A DNA stretch of 64,000 bases, taken from assembly GCF_009914755.1 (NCBI RefSeq), contig NC_060925.1; one strand, given 5' to 3'. The notes beneath the pieces were generated by a model that ran no database searches, had not been told where the DNA came from, and saw only the letters and a list, made by a program, of their open reading frames with translations. A program made the position numbers and the translations under genes. Below, piece by piece: positions 1 to 13,494 of this stretch (its first letter is position 1; the number at the start of each line of letters is the position of its first letter). The stretch comes from the human T2T-CHM13v2.0 reference genome, Homo sapiens.

Positions 1-201
1 GATTGCATAAGCACATAGGCACAAAGCACTTTTCACAAGTTGTATGATTTGACTTTTGTTCTTCAGAATTGATTTGGTTGTTGAATGACTTATACTCCAA
101 GTGTTCTTAGAACATAAATTACTTCCTTACCATTTCCATTTTTTGGTTATTTTTTTTTAATCATTATTTTTTGTTTCCACTGTTATTATAGGCCTCTATT
201 A

Positions 202-431
202 CAGGTTGAGTGTGCCTTATTTGAAATGCTTAGGACCAGAAGTGTTTTGGGTTTGGGATTTTTTTTAGATTTTGTAATATTTGCAGAATACATACCAGTT
301 GAGCATCTCTAAGCCAAAAATCTAAAATCTTATATGCTCCAATTACCTTTTCCTTTGAACATCACATTGGTGCTCAATAAGTTTTGGATTTTGGAGCATT
401 CAGGATTTTTAGATTAGGGATGCTCAACCTG
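202..431. mobile_element. Tigger4-family MITE
   Basis: TIRs caggttgag...ctcaacctg flanked by TA. Confidence 0.8.
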
Positions 432-1055
432 TAGTACTTTAACTATTTTGATACTGTCCTTGTTTTTGGCACTTATTAAGATGATGGGGTTGAAAATATA
501 TGTGAAACACCTGAAAACCGAACAAGAGCACTGGCATTCCTTAGACTAAAGAGGATGGGACTAGTCTATGAAAGTTTTTGGTTGAAAGTGTGTAAATATA
601 TGTGTCTGTGCATTGCTTGTAGTTTTACCATAGTTATCACATCCCACTTTGTATTTGTTATTGTGAACTTATTTTGCATTGCACAACTTATATCTAGTAC
701 ATCATATCTTCTTTGTATATCTTTTAATCATCACAGTACTGATGTGAATAATTTGCAAATAATATATTTTTAGGAGCATATCGAGTGAATATTGAACCAT
801 TTTAGATGGTTATGTTAGAAAAATTTAGATGTAGTTGTGTTTAATTTCATTATATCTTCAAAATGACTGGAAAATAATATATAACTTATAAAAACAAATA
901 TGAAGGCCTTTAAATAATTTGCAGAGAATAATTTCAAATGCTTGGCTCAGTCAAAACTTTGTTCTCTCTTCATAAAATCGCTAATATAATGTTTAAATAT
1001 TTCCTGTAGTTAATCATTGTTGGTTATTAGAACTTAAACAGATTTTGTCTTTCAG

Positions 1056-1184
1056 CTCCTGAATTCAGACCACAGATCCACAGCCACAGTCCAGATATGT
1101 AGCGGTTCTGTAAACCTTAAGGGTGCTGTGAAATGCAGAGCTTATATCCACAGCAGTAAACCCAAAGTTAAAGATGCTGTGCAG
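1056..1184 (+). CDS. ODR4: ODR4 internal coding exon (LLNSDHRSTATVQICSGSVNLKGAVKCRAYIHSSKPKVKDAVQ)
   Basis: tttcag| acceptor, CAG|gtac donor; 129 nt, phase 0-0, open frame continuous with the downstream exons; upstream exons lie outside the window. Confidence 0.92.
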
Positions 1185-1696
1185 GTACAAAAAGGAATAA
1201 CGAGCATATGGAACCATGTTAACTATTAACAAAAACCTAAAATTTTACCATTTTTTAATCTTATATTTTGTAATTATTAATTCGATTTTAACTGATAATG
1301 GCCTATTGTGCAGTCCAAATGTACCATATAATTGGTGTGAAGATTTTCATATGTAGAGTATCTATTTTGTGCCTTTTTAAAAATGATGGCTATACAAGTT
1401 TAGTAAGTGTTCCACTGTTATACATATTAGTATCTAATTTGGAACACTGCAATTATTTTTTTAGATGTGAAATTTTATTCATTTATCTGTTTTTAACTAT
1501 TTAGATAAATTTATCATTAAACTATAAATTTGTTAATAAGTGTGCTAAATAAGTGGAAATAAAACATTGAATGATGTATCAGTTATTTAGTGGGCATGAT
1601 TGTACTGGAAAGCAAATTATTTTTTTTGTTAGTTAAATATTGTAAATCTAAAGTATTTTATTTCTTACTGTGTTTTTTGTGTGTTTTTCCCTGTAG

Positions 1697-1787
1697 GCAG
1701 TAAAGAGGGATATATTGAACACAGTTGCTGATCGTTGTGAAATGCTATTTGAGGATCTGCTTTTGAATGAAATTCCAGAAAAAAAAG
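1697..1787 (+). CDS. ODR4: ODR4 coding exon (AVKRDILNTVADRCEMLFEDLLLNEIPEKK-D)
   Basis: ccctgtag| acceptor; 91 nt; must end in phase 1 to join the exon at 8848, which puts the donor at AAAG|ttatga (non-canonical, see findings). Confidence 0.85.
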
Positions 1788-1949
1788 TTATGAGTATAAA
1801 ATAAGTACTTTTTTGCGTATCTTCAACTGATATAGTAATAAGATATCAAGATATAGCAGATACGTCATCTTTTATAGCTACCTATCTATATTTTCAAGCA
1901 GTATATCATCTTTTATTATTGGATGAAAATTTTTCAGTTGCTACTCAGA

Positions 1950-2251
1950 TTTTTTTTTTTTTTTTTAGACAGAGTCTCACTGTGTTGCCCAGGCTGGGGT
2001 GCAGTGGCACAGTCATGGCTCACCTGCAGCCTCAGCCTCTTGGGCTCAAGCAGTCCTCCTACCTCAGCCTCCCTAGTAGGTGGGCCTGCAGGCACATGCC
2101 ATGATGCCTTGCTAATTTTTGGTATTGTTTTTTTAGAGACAGGGTTTTGCCATGTTGCCCAGGCTAGTTTCAAACTCCTGAACTCAAGTGATCCACTGTC
2201 TTTGGCTTCCCGAAGTGCTGGGATTACAGGTGTGAGCCACCATGCTTGGCT
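1950..2251 (-). mobile_element. AluJ-type SINE
   Basis: Antisense Alu with polyT, old-subfamily features. Confidence 0.85.
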
Positions 2252-2640
2252 CTAGAAAAACGTTTTAGAACACTTTATCAAATTTAGCAAATTTGTCAAC
2301 AATTAAGAATTTCAGGGAGGATTTTTAAAAAAATTAATTCCAAGTGAACTTCTCCTGCCAGAATGAGTAAACTTTGTTAACATTTTAAAGTTAGTATTTT
2401 TTGTTGATATCTATGAGTATTTTAAATAATTTAGCCATAATCAAAATATTATTAGTGTTAAATACTATATAATAGCTCCTTTAGTAGGTACTATTTATAT
2501 AAACTACACTAGTTTATATGCTTCTCAGCTATTACTCTAACAGACTTCATTAGGTTTAAAAAAGGCTGAGTTACAGTATCTTACCCATTAATAACGATTG
2601 CAGCTTTTGGGAAACATAACAATTTATACCATCGCAGTAA

Positions 2641-3034
<394 letters not shown>

Positions 3035-3061
3035 TCCCCATTCTTATTATTCTGATGTTAG

Positions 3062-3373
<312 letters not shown>

Positions 3374-3790
3374 TAGCTCCTCTATATAACCAACTTCTTT
3401 TAGTACTACTGATAGCTAGTATGTTAAGTTTGATGGACTAATTATAATCTTTTTTTTATATTCCTAGTATGCTGGATTCTATGATTGGCAGATTTAACAT
3501 TTATCCTTCTCGTAATTCACAACCCTAAAGTTCCATTTACTAATAATTTATAATTTTGCTGGAACATGAATTTGAATCTTACATGCAACAATTGGATTGA
3601 GAGTTTTGGGAGGGCAGTATGTGGGACCTGTTCACATAGTCCATCAGTCTAGCAGCCCCATCTCAGTGTGGCTTTGTTTTTGCAATTTGACTTTGAGTTT
3701 GTGGTAACTCCTGTGGTGTAAATCATTGCTTCAGGTTCTGAGCAACAGTGTATATTATAGCTGCATTGCAGGTTTCAGGATTTGCAGGGT

Positions 3791-3925
3791 ATGGGGATGT
3801 ATCCACCATTATTGTTAAAGATTTACCTTAGCAGACACATTAGTATACTCTTCTATTTAAAAATCCTTTATAAAAGTGGTATTATATGGCTATCCTGGTA
3901 TTCTTTCATATTGTTAGTACTTTGA
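3791..3925 (+). CDS. OCLM: OCLM (oculomedin) 44-aa ORF MGMYPPLLLKIYLSRHISILFYLKILYKSGIIWLSWYSFILLVL, nested in an ODR4 intron
   Basis: Hand translation from ATG 3791 to TGA 3925 matches my recollection of oculomedin; below the ORF-track length cutoff; protein-coding status doubtful. Confidence 0.7.
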   Translation: MGMYPPLLLKIYLSRHISILFYLKILYKSGIIWLSWYSFILLVL

Positions 3926-4204
3926 AATTTTTGCTGATGTTCAATTAGTAAAATTAATGGCCCCTAACAGCAGTTGTACTGTTTGTATGTTAAACTTGAT
4001 ACATTTAGAAGTTAATGTTAAAGCCTAATCCTAAATTTTTAAAAGGTGAAAAAGTTTTTACTGGCAATTGGGTGGCCTTGGGACCTGTGTGAAGAGCATA
4101 GACTGTAGTTTGGTGGAAAGAGCAAAGACTTTGAAGTTCTCGGATTCTGTGTGTATTCTGCTCCTAGCAGAGTGACCTCAGGCAAATGACTTTATAGGCA
4201 TCGT

Positions 4205-4362
4205 CCGTCTTTCTGTCTGTCTGTCTTTCTTTCTCTCTTTCTTTCTTTCTCTCTCTCTCTCTCTCCTTCCTTCCTTCCTTCCTCTCTTTCTCTTTCTTTC
4301 TCCTTCCTTCTTCATCCCATCTCATCCCTTCCCTCCCCTTCCCTCCCTTCCTCCCTCTCTTT
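4205..4362. repeat. CT-rich microsatellite
   Basis: (CTTT/CT/CCTT)n. Confidence 0.9.
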
Positions 4363-4810
4363 CTATGATCACATAGTTTTTGACATTCTTTTGGTGTGAT
4401 GTATCACATTATTAATTTTTGTATGTTGGATCATCCTTGAATCTCTGGAGTAAACCCCACTTGATTATGATGTATTATCTTTTTGATGTACTGTTGCATT
4501 TGGTTTGCTAGTATTTTGTTGAGGATTTTTGTGTCTATGTTCATCAGGGATATTGTCATGTAGTTTTCTTTTTTTGTGTCTTTGGTTTTGGTATTAAGGT
4601 TATGCTGATCTCATAGAATGAGTTAAGAGTTCTCTGTGCTTCATTTTTTTGTAATAGTTTGAGAATAATTGGTATTATTTCTTTTTTAAAGGTTCAGTAG
4701 AATTCATTGGTAAAACCATCCAGTCTTGGAGTTTTCTTTGGAGATTTTTCATTACTGATTCAATCGTGATTTTTTATCAGTCTGTTCAGGTTTTCTATTT
4801 CTTCTTGTTT
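4363..4810 (-). mobile_element. Old L1 ORF2 internal fragment
   Basis: tttgctagtattttgttgaggattttt...gttcatcagggatattg, typical antisense L1. Confidence 0.8.
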
Positions 4811-4934
4811 TCTGTCTTCTTTTCTCTCTCTCTCTTTTTCTTCTTCCTTTCTTTCTACGAAGACAAGTTCTCTGGTTCTGTGTCTATTCTGCTGCTAGCA
4901 GAGTAACCTCAGACAAATAACTTTATAGGCATCC

Positions 4935-4937
4935 TTT

Positions 4938-4997
<60 letters not shown>

Positions 4998-5178
4998 TCC
5001 TTTCTTTCTTTCTCTTCTTTTCCCTCCCTCCTTCCCTTCCTTTCTTCCTTTGTTTCTTTCCTTCTCTCCTCTCCTCTTTTCTCCTCTCCTCTTCCTCTAC
5101 TTCCTCTCCTTTCCTTTTCCTTTTCCTTTTCTCTCTCCTTCCTTCCTTCCTTTCTTCCTTTCTTCCTTCTTTTTTTTA
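4935..5178. repeat. (TTTC)n/CT-rich microsatellite, Alu-tail derived
   Basis: Long TTTC array preceding an antisense Alu. Confidence 0.9.
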
Positions 5179-5647
5179 ATGAGAGACAGGGTCTCTCTCT
5201 GTCACCCAGCCTGGAATGCAATAATGCAGTTGTAGCTCACTGCAGCCTTGAACTCTTGGTCCTAAGTGATCCTCCTGCCTCAGCCTCCTGAGTAGCTGGG
5301 ACTACAGGCAAGGGCCACCACGCCTGGCTAATTTTTTTTTTTTTTAACTTTTTTGTAGAGACAAGAGTCTTTGCTATGTTGTCCAGGCTGTAGTCCTGTG
5401 GCTGTGCACAGGTATGATCATAGCTAAATACAGCTTTGAACTCCTGGCTGTAAGGGATCTTCCTCCCTCAGCCTCCCAGGTAGCTGGGACTACAAGCGCA
5501 CAGCAGTATGCCTGAGTAATCTTTTAATTTTTACCTTTTTGTAGAGATGGGGCTTTGTTATGTTGTCCAGGTTGTCTCAAACTTCTGGCCCCAAGCAGTC
5601 CTCCCAAAGCACTGGGAATTATAGGCATGAGCCACTATGAATGGCCC
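5179..5647 (-). mobile_element. Three-monomer old Alu composite with a FAM-like middle arm
   Basis: Three consecutive antisense monomers separated by T-rich linkers. Confidence 0.75.
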
Positions 5648-5999
5648 CATTTTCTTATATATAAAATAGGAATTATGGTACCTACTTTTTGAGGCTGCAA
5701 GATTAAATGAGATGATGTTTGTAAGGCCCCTAATAAAATTGGTGTAAGCCAAGCCCTCATCAAGTGGTATTGATACCATGTTGGAGATGATGGAGGAGAA
5801 CAACTTATGTTAATTGTCTTTAAAATGCCTTAACTTCAATTTTTGGGAAATTTAGCATATTTCAAACAGAAATAAGATGTAAATATATATTCAACACTTT
5901 AGTAACAGGATAATTATTCCAACAACATATTAGTTGATCTTAGGTATCAAGATAAAAGAATACATTGTAAGTGTGATAATATAAATAAATGTAAATTCT

Positions 6000-6141
6000 T
6001 TAAAAAAATTTTTTTAATTTTTAACTTTTGTGGATACATAGTAGGTATATATATATATTTATGAGGTATATGAGATGTTTTGTTACAATCATGTGATATA
6101 AAATAATCATCATGGAGAATGAGTTATCCATCCCCTGAAGC
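6000..6141 (-). mobile_element. L1MA-type 3'-end fragment
   Basis: Antisense L1MA 3' end; perfect 19-bp TSD ataaataaatgtaaattct at 5981 and 6142. Confidence 0.75.
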
Positions 6142-8310
6142 ATAAATAAATGTAAATTCTGATGTTGAATTTATACACCAAATTGTTAGATTTTAGATTT
6201 TATCCTCATTTTACTTTGCTTATTTTCTTATATACTGGTAAGATCTTATAGATGCTGTAATATAGTAAAATGTAGAATGTATGCCATAAAATTAACCTGA
6301 ATTAGAGTATTTTTGCATGCATGAGGAAGTCTGTTAAGGACATAATAACTTTATATATCTGATCTCTAAACTAAACCTAGGCTTTTAATTTTGGCTATCC
6401 AGATAAAAGAACTTAGTATTTCATTGTCAGTTTAAAAAAAAAAAAAAACTCCAATTAATCCTTGCACTTGTTGTGATCTTCCTCTTTGATTCCTCTTAAG
6501 ATACAGCCTAAGCCTTCTTCACTGTTATAAGTCTTCATTTGATCCTGCTCAACTTATTCTCATAGATGACCTACTCATTGTGAAAATGGAGGTCATCAGT
6601 TATGAAACCTCTTACCTTTGCCCATCCCCACATCAGTATCCTCTGTACCACTCCACTGTCTTCCCAGAACATTTGTAATCCTGTTTGTCTGTGCCTATGA
6701 TTCCACTCTCTGAATGGCACTTCTCCTATCCCTTTATGCAGATGTCCTCTTATCCTTTAAGCTTCAACTGTGCTATCACCTATTCTAAAAAAAAATTCTA
6801 TGAAAAATACATAAATAACTTAAAAGTTTCAGTACTACTCTGATACCAGCTAGGACATTTAACCAATAGAAACCCAATTCTTATTATATTGGCTTAATTT
6901 TAAAATTTTTTTATTTGTTTTGACTTTATTCAGATAATGTTGAACTAGATACTATGACATGAGGATATTCCTAAAGGATTCTGCTTTGGAGTGCTTTTTG
7001 AGATGTGTCTTTTCCAAAAGATTTCTCCTCCCATTTAAACCTCAGACCAACAGAAAACGAGTCTTACTTAGATACTAAATTGCTAATTTAACTTCTTAAT
7101 TTGAAAGTTGTAGTGCTTTTTCTTTTTAATGAGTAATTTAAATTTATTGGAACCAGTTATTTAACGTTTGATTTTTTTAGCTTGTTATTTTTCAGATAGA
7201 CCAAGAATTGATGTAGTTTGAAATGGTTTTAAAATTTTGCATGCCAATTGCACATGCACATTAGAGTCATTTTTGAGTTTTTACTTAATCTGTTTCAAGT
7301 AACTGTGGCCCAAAATAAAATAATATAGTCCTAATTTCAATGTGTGGACAATTTTCGTGCTACAGTACAAATTGCAGTAATATTCTTCTACAGCTAGGAG
7401 GCAGTCTGGTCAAAGAGTAAAATTTCTCTCCCAGTTCTCATGTGCAAACAAGATAATACACAGAATCTGGAAGGAACACGTAGTTTAAGCCATTGCATTT
7501 CCTGTGACACTTAAGGCATTGTTCGTCATCTTCTGTTTGTAATTATGTAAAGTTACCACTAGTTTCTTGACAACGAAGTCTAGGTTACTATTAAAATAAG
7601 CCCTAGTTTTCCACTTGATCTTTACATTAGTAACTTTTTAATCATATCTGTTGCTGAAAGAGGTCATTCTTTTCACAAAATTTCTATCTTTCTGATAGTT
7701 CATAAGGATCGTAGCATTTAACTAAAAAGTAATTATATATTTACATGCAACAGTGACTATGTTAGAAATTAGGGGAAATAATATATTCCAGTTTGTAAGT
7801 ATTCACAGAAGAATGAGATATTTGTTATTTATTTAGATTTATTTTTTTCTAAAAATGATTTAAGGCTTTTTACAAAGAAGCATAAGTAAACAAGTGAAAA
7901 TAAATATTAGTAATAAAGAGTCAAAGGGAAGGTAAAAAAAGAAAGCAAAATGGAGTTGGTAGTGAGATAGGTACACAAAACTGTATGTATGACTAGATGT
8001 CCTAAACATGCTTGATATATAGGAAGGGGGCTACATCTAGTAAGGTGAAATTCATGGGGAGATTAATACAAAAATGTATTCTATCAGATCCTGTGCACTA
8101 GATGTAAGGTGGCCAGTAATTTGGCTCCAAACTTGGATGAAGAAGAGAAAAACCAACTATAAAATGTACAGTGCCTATGAGGCTAAAACAGACAAGAAGG
8201 ACAATAGTTTCTGACATCAAGGACAAAATTGTCTCTTGAGTGTTCTTCATAGGACAGTGGGTCGTATAAGAATGTGTAATCAACAGCTTTACATTGAAGG
8301 CAATGATAAG

Positions 8311-8612
8311 TTTATTTTATTTTTATTTTTATTTTGAGATGGAGTCTCGCTCTGTTGCCCAGGCTGGAGTGCAGTGGTGCGATCTTGGCTCACCACAACC
8401 TCCACCTCCCGGTTCAAGAAATCCTCCTGCCTCAGCCTCCTGAGTAGCTGGGATTACAGGCACCTGCCACCACGCCTGACTAATTTTTGTATTTTTAGTA
8501 GAAACGGGGTTTCACCATGTTGGCCACGTTGGTCTCCAACTCCTGACCTCAAGTGATCTGCCCACCTCAGCCTCCCAAAGTGCTGGGATTACAGGCATGA
8601 GCCACCGCGCCT
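8311..8612 (-). mobile_element. AluS
   Basis: Full-length antisense Alu; TSD gataagtttatttt. Confidence 0.9.
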
Positions 8613-8847
8613 GGAGATAAGTTTATTTTTCATAGGAGTATCATTTAGGTTCCTTGCAAAGACCAGGGGTTTTGAGGTAAAGCAGAATTTGGTAAGAGCA
8701 ATTTTGTGCCAGATCAACCAGAAAATGAAAAAATATTGACCTTTTAAGCTTTATTTCTATTAGTTTTTGTATGTACTTCTAAAATATGTATCACTGATAC
8801 CAGTGACAAACCTATCTAAATATTGATAATATTTCTTTTCCTTTTAG

Positions 8848-9033
8848 ATTCTGAAAAAGAGTTCCACGTCCTCCCTTATCGAGTCTTTGTTCCCCTTCCT
8901 GGATCCACTGTAATGTTGTGTGATTATAAATTTGACGATGAGTCAGCTGAAGAAATCAGGGACCATTTTATGGAGATGTTGGATCACACAATTCAAATAG
9001 AAGATTTGGAAATTGCAGAGGAAACAAACACAG
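8848..9033 (+). CDS. ODR4: ODR4 coding exon (DSEKEFHVLPYRVFVPLPGSTVMLCDYKFDDESAEEIRDHFMEMLDHTIQIEDLEIAEETNT)
   Basis: ttttcctttttag-like pyrimidine acceptor, CAG|gtcatt donor; 186 nt, phase 1-1; core of ORF 8823..9092. Confidence 0.93.
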
Positions 9034-9982
9034 GTCATTATATGATGCTATTTAAGAACCTGGTTAGATTACAGCTAAGATTTTACCTATGAGATGTCTA
9101 GTTTAAATATCATGTCTTTAGATTTTTTTTAAAGCTAGTTCTGTTTGACACTTCGAAATATTAACTGAGACATTTTAAAATACATGTTTAATTTCTACAT
9201 GTCTAGACATACAGTGAGTATTTCCTGGGAAATTGTACCAAAATTTAAGATACTAAGGTATTTTTCAAGCTTAGCAAGTAGATCTTAATAAAACAAGTTC
9301 AGGATTAAGTAGGTAAAATTACAAAGCTTTAAGGTATTTCTTTCAATATAAAAGTTTTCTCAAAACTCATTATCTTACTTGGTAAAGCATCATGTCAGAA
9401 CAGAAGGTTTTAAAACACTAATTTATTAAACATTTTCTCCATATTATTTGCCTTTTTTTTTTCATATACCTTTCATGTAATTGGGATACTAAGCCAAAAT
9501 GGGCAGTTCCAGAAATTAGATGACTTTTATAGAGCATAGATTTGCTTTACTATCCAGGTTTTGTAACACATTTTTTTTTCCCTAGCCATCACTTTCACAT
9601 TTGACTTTATACTTTGGAAGACTGTTTGGGTTTTTTGCTTTCTTTTTGTTTCTAGTGAGTTCAGTGTATGAAAACATGTCTATAAATAAATATGTAAGTT
9701 CCTTTTCTGATTTCTTAGTTATTCTTTGCATAGTTAATTCTCCCTTCAGGAATAGGGTGTTTGATTCAGAGTGTGCTTGAGATTATAGTGAGTCAAGTAA
9801 GTATTTGATTGGGGAACTTCAAATCTATAGTAAACTGCCTCAAGTTAGTTGCAAACCACCCTTTAGTTTTTCAGCAATACCAGATCGTGATGTAGAGCAA
9901 TAAGCTTGTTTCAGTGGGGAAAATAAAATTTCTAAATTGCCCAATGCCTGATGTTAAAATAAAGAAGAGCTACTTTCTAATC

Positions 9983-10063
9983 CCATGAAAACTAATATTT
10001 TTAAAGATACAACTCTAGCATAGTTCCATGAAAACTAATATTTCTAAAGATATAACTGTAGCA
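9983..10063. repeat. Two-copy 43-bp tandem duplication
   Basis: ccatgaaaactaatatttytaaagatayaactstagca at 9983 and 10026. Confidence 0.9.
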
Positions 10064-10789
10064 GATGGAAAGTATCTGCTTTTTGAAAGTAGACTGGTAA
10101 AAATGTTTACTGCTTTCCAAAATTTATTTTCCTTGGTTAGTGACTGCATTATCTCTGCCAACGAAACTTAGGATCATGAGGACAGGGATTTTTGTTTGTT
10201 TTGTTCACTTCTCTATCGTTAAGGCCTAGCAATAGTTCTTGAGCCATTCTGTTGTTGAATAGATCTTATAATGTTGGTAGGATCATTCAAATTGACCTAA
10301 TTTAACCTCTTAATACTGAAAACTACATCCCTAGCAGATGGGGATTCAGATTCTATTCTTCTTTATTCTAAATACCAATCTGCCTCCCTGTAACCTATTC
10401 TTTCAGTAATATGCAGCAATAAAACATGAGTACCACTTCCTCACTGAGACCATGCTTTAAATTTGAGAGCAACTATTATGTTCTAAACATTTCAAAGCCA
10501 TATATTCTCACCTACCTTAAGCTGTTCATTTTATTACAGTTTCCAGACCACATTTTTTTCTTACCACCTTGTTTGCTTTCCGGTAGATTAGGAATTTTTA
10601 ACCTGTGGGGTTCAAAACCTCTGGTGTCAGAGCTGAACTTTTAGAAGATCCACAAACCACTTGAAAGTAATTGTATGATTTTTTTTCTGAAGAAAAGGTC
10701 TATCGCTTTCAAAGAGTTTAAAAATTACTTCTTAAATATACTCTGATTTGCCTTCCTTGAAATATGTTACCCTGACGAAGCTAATGCTC

Positions 10790-11020
10790 TAAAAATAATA
10801 TAGCCATTATTTATATATCTGCCAGGCACAGTTTTAAGAGTCTTACAAATACTAAATTATCATTCCTTGTAACAACCCTGTGATGTAAATAACATTATTA
10901 ATCCTATTTTCCAGATGAGAGAATTAAGGCTCAGAAAGGCCAGGTAACTTTTCAAAGTTACATTGCTCGTAATGGTGGAGCTGGAATTTAAACTTAGGCA
11001 GTTTGGTTTTAGGGTCTGTG
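10790..11020 (-). mobile_element. MIR
   Basis: cctattttccagatgagagaattaaggctcagaaag MIR core. Confidence 0.7.
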
Positions 11021-11239
11021 CTTCTTTTCTAAAAATTTTATTTTACTGCCTTTGTGTAGGAGCTAAATAATGAAGTATAGTATGATTATTTTCCATGATA
11101 TAGATACATATTTTAGCCTGGCGTTCTTCATTCCATCCCTTTAAACATTTTCAAGTGTAAATGGATGATGTTACATTATCTTGGTTTAATTTCATCTAGA
11201 TTATGTCAATATAATTTCTCATTTGTTGGCTGGAATCTT

Positions 11240-11485
11240 GGATCTCATTATTTATGTTTATATAAACATATAAACAATATATAATGTTTATATATAATAT
11301 AAACATATACATACATAAACATGTAATATAAACAATTTGTGTATGTATGTAAACAAAAATGTTTATATATGTGAACATGTTTATATGTTTATATGAATAT
11401 GTTTATAAAATATATAATATAAACAATATACAAAAATGTATTGTTTTCTTATAAAAATATAAAATATATCATGTTTATATATAAT
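11240..11485. repeat. AT-rich low-complexity tract
   Basis: Degenerate ATAT/AAAC repeats. Confidence 0.75.
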
Positions 11486-11829
11486 TTTTTGAATTATTTG
11501 TCACATTCTTGTGCATCTCACATTCTTAAACTAAGAATGACTAAGGGTAGCACTGTATGCAAAACTTGCCCCATTCACAAGTTACTTTAAAAGTCAGATA
11601 TAAAAGAATAGGAAGAGAGAGTCATTTCATCTAGGTTTTTTAAATAATTCTTAAAAATATTTCTGTCTTAAGTATTTTTAACTCATTTAATTTCATGTTG
11701 TATGTTAAACACAAGTATATAGACTAGTTTAAGACTGTTTTATTCAGTTCTTTTTAAGTTAATATTTTAACAAACAGTAACAGAGGTTTATATTCTTTCT
11801 TTACATTGCTAAGACATTAAAAAAAATTA

Positions 11830-11971
11830 ACTTGGGCAACATGGTGAAACCCTGTCTCTACAATAAAAATACAAAAATTAGCTGTAGAAGTTTCAATGGG
11901 CCGTGTTTACACCACTGCCGTTCAGCCTGGGTGACAGAGTAGGACCCTGTCTCAAAAAAAAAAAAAAAAAT
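11830..11971 (+). mobile_element. Truncated, internally deleted Alu
   Basis: ggcaacatggtgaaaccctgtctc...cagcctgggtgacagag followed by polyA. Confidence 0.8.
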
Positions 11972-12220
11972 TAAGTAGCTTCAACCACTGTAATGTATTC
12001 CTAAGAGGTAACTATGGCAACCTGGCATGACAGCCTCCCAAAACCAAAACTAAAACCCAATAAATTCAAATTCTCATGAAACCGTTACATGTGCATTTCA
12101 GCAAACATCTGTTGAAAGAGCAAAAAGGGCCTTTGCCTCTCTTGCTTACTGTTGTGTTTCTAGCACTTTACTAAGAGCTTAGCCTTAGCATGTCATAGGT
12201 ATTCAGTAGATATTTGTTGA

Positions 12221-12606
<386 letters not shown>

Positions 12607-13494
12607 TAGAGTTTTTTAAAAAAATGTCTGTGTAGATACTATGTTTTTACTAACTTCAGACTAGTTCAGACTAGGTAAACTCCTTCACTAAACTTTCTTG
12701 TAGTTCCCTCTTCTATGCTGTTCTTCTATAATACTTTACATACTTGTAATTATTTAAATCATCAATTGCATATTTAATGTTGATCTTTCACATTAGACTA
12801 TAAGATTTTTGAGAGTAAGTAGAGTATTTATCTGTACCTAAAACATGGTAGGTGTTCCTAATTATTTGTTACTGATTCATAAATACTGAATAAGTGATTC
12901 TTAGGAAACTACAGCACTTCTTGTTTTCACATTTATTTCATACTTGAGAAATTATTAGCTTATGCCTGTACAGACAAGGTTTTTAAGATTTGTGTAGTAT
13001 AGTATATTGAACATGTTGAGGGTTTAAAAAGTCTATAATATTCATAGCTGTATGGCTCAGTAGTTCAGAACATTTTCAGGAGTTTTGAACATTTAAGACA
13101 TGAAATTATGTCTTTTATATGAAAATATGTAGCACTAGTTGTTGCCCCAGAAATTTTAATCTAGTTTACAGCATTTAGTATGTCTCTTTATCAGATGTTT
13201 ATTAAGCTTATGCTCTGTTCAAGACAATATAATAGATATGAATCAATAACTTGATTCCTTTCCTTTAGAAGCCTAGAGGAAAGATAGAATGTATATGCGT
13301 GATTAGTTATGCAGAGAATGTAGTAAGGTCCTAAGAGTACCTAAGAACTCCATCAAGATTAATGATCAGAATTTTAGGGTCTCCAGTGATTTGGTTAATA
13401 ATTTAATCAGAAAAAAGTCTCTATTATAGGCATTAGCAGTAATCTATAATATACAGTAACGAAGTTTTGGCATTCCTGTATTAAAATTTTAGTG

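Noticed and set aside
4895-5221. 108-aa K/E/R-rich ORF
   Set aside because: Read-out of a (GAAA)n microsatellite
9983-10063. CRISPR-like or functional repeat array
   Set aside because: Only two adjacent copies without spacers; simple tandem duplication in a mammalian intron
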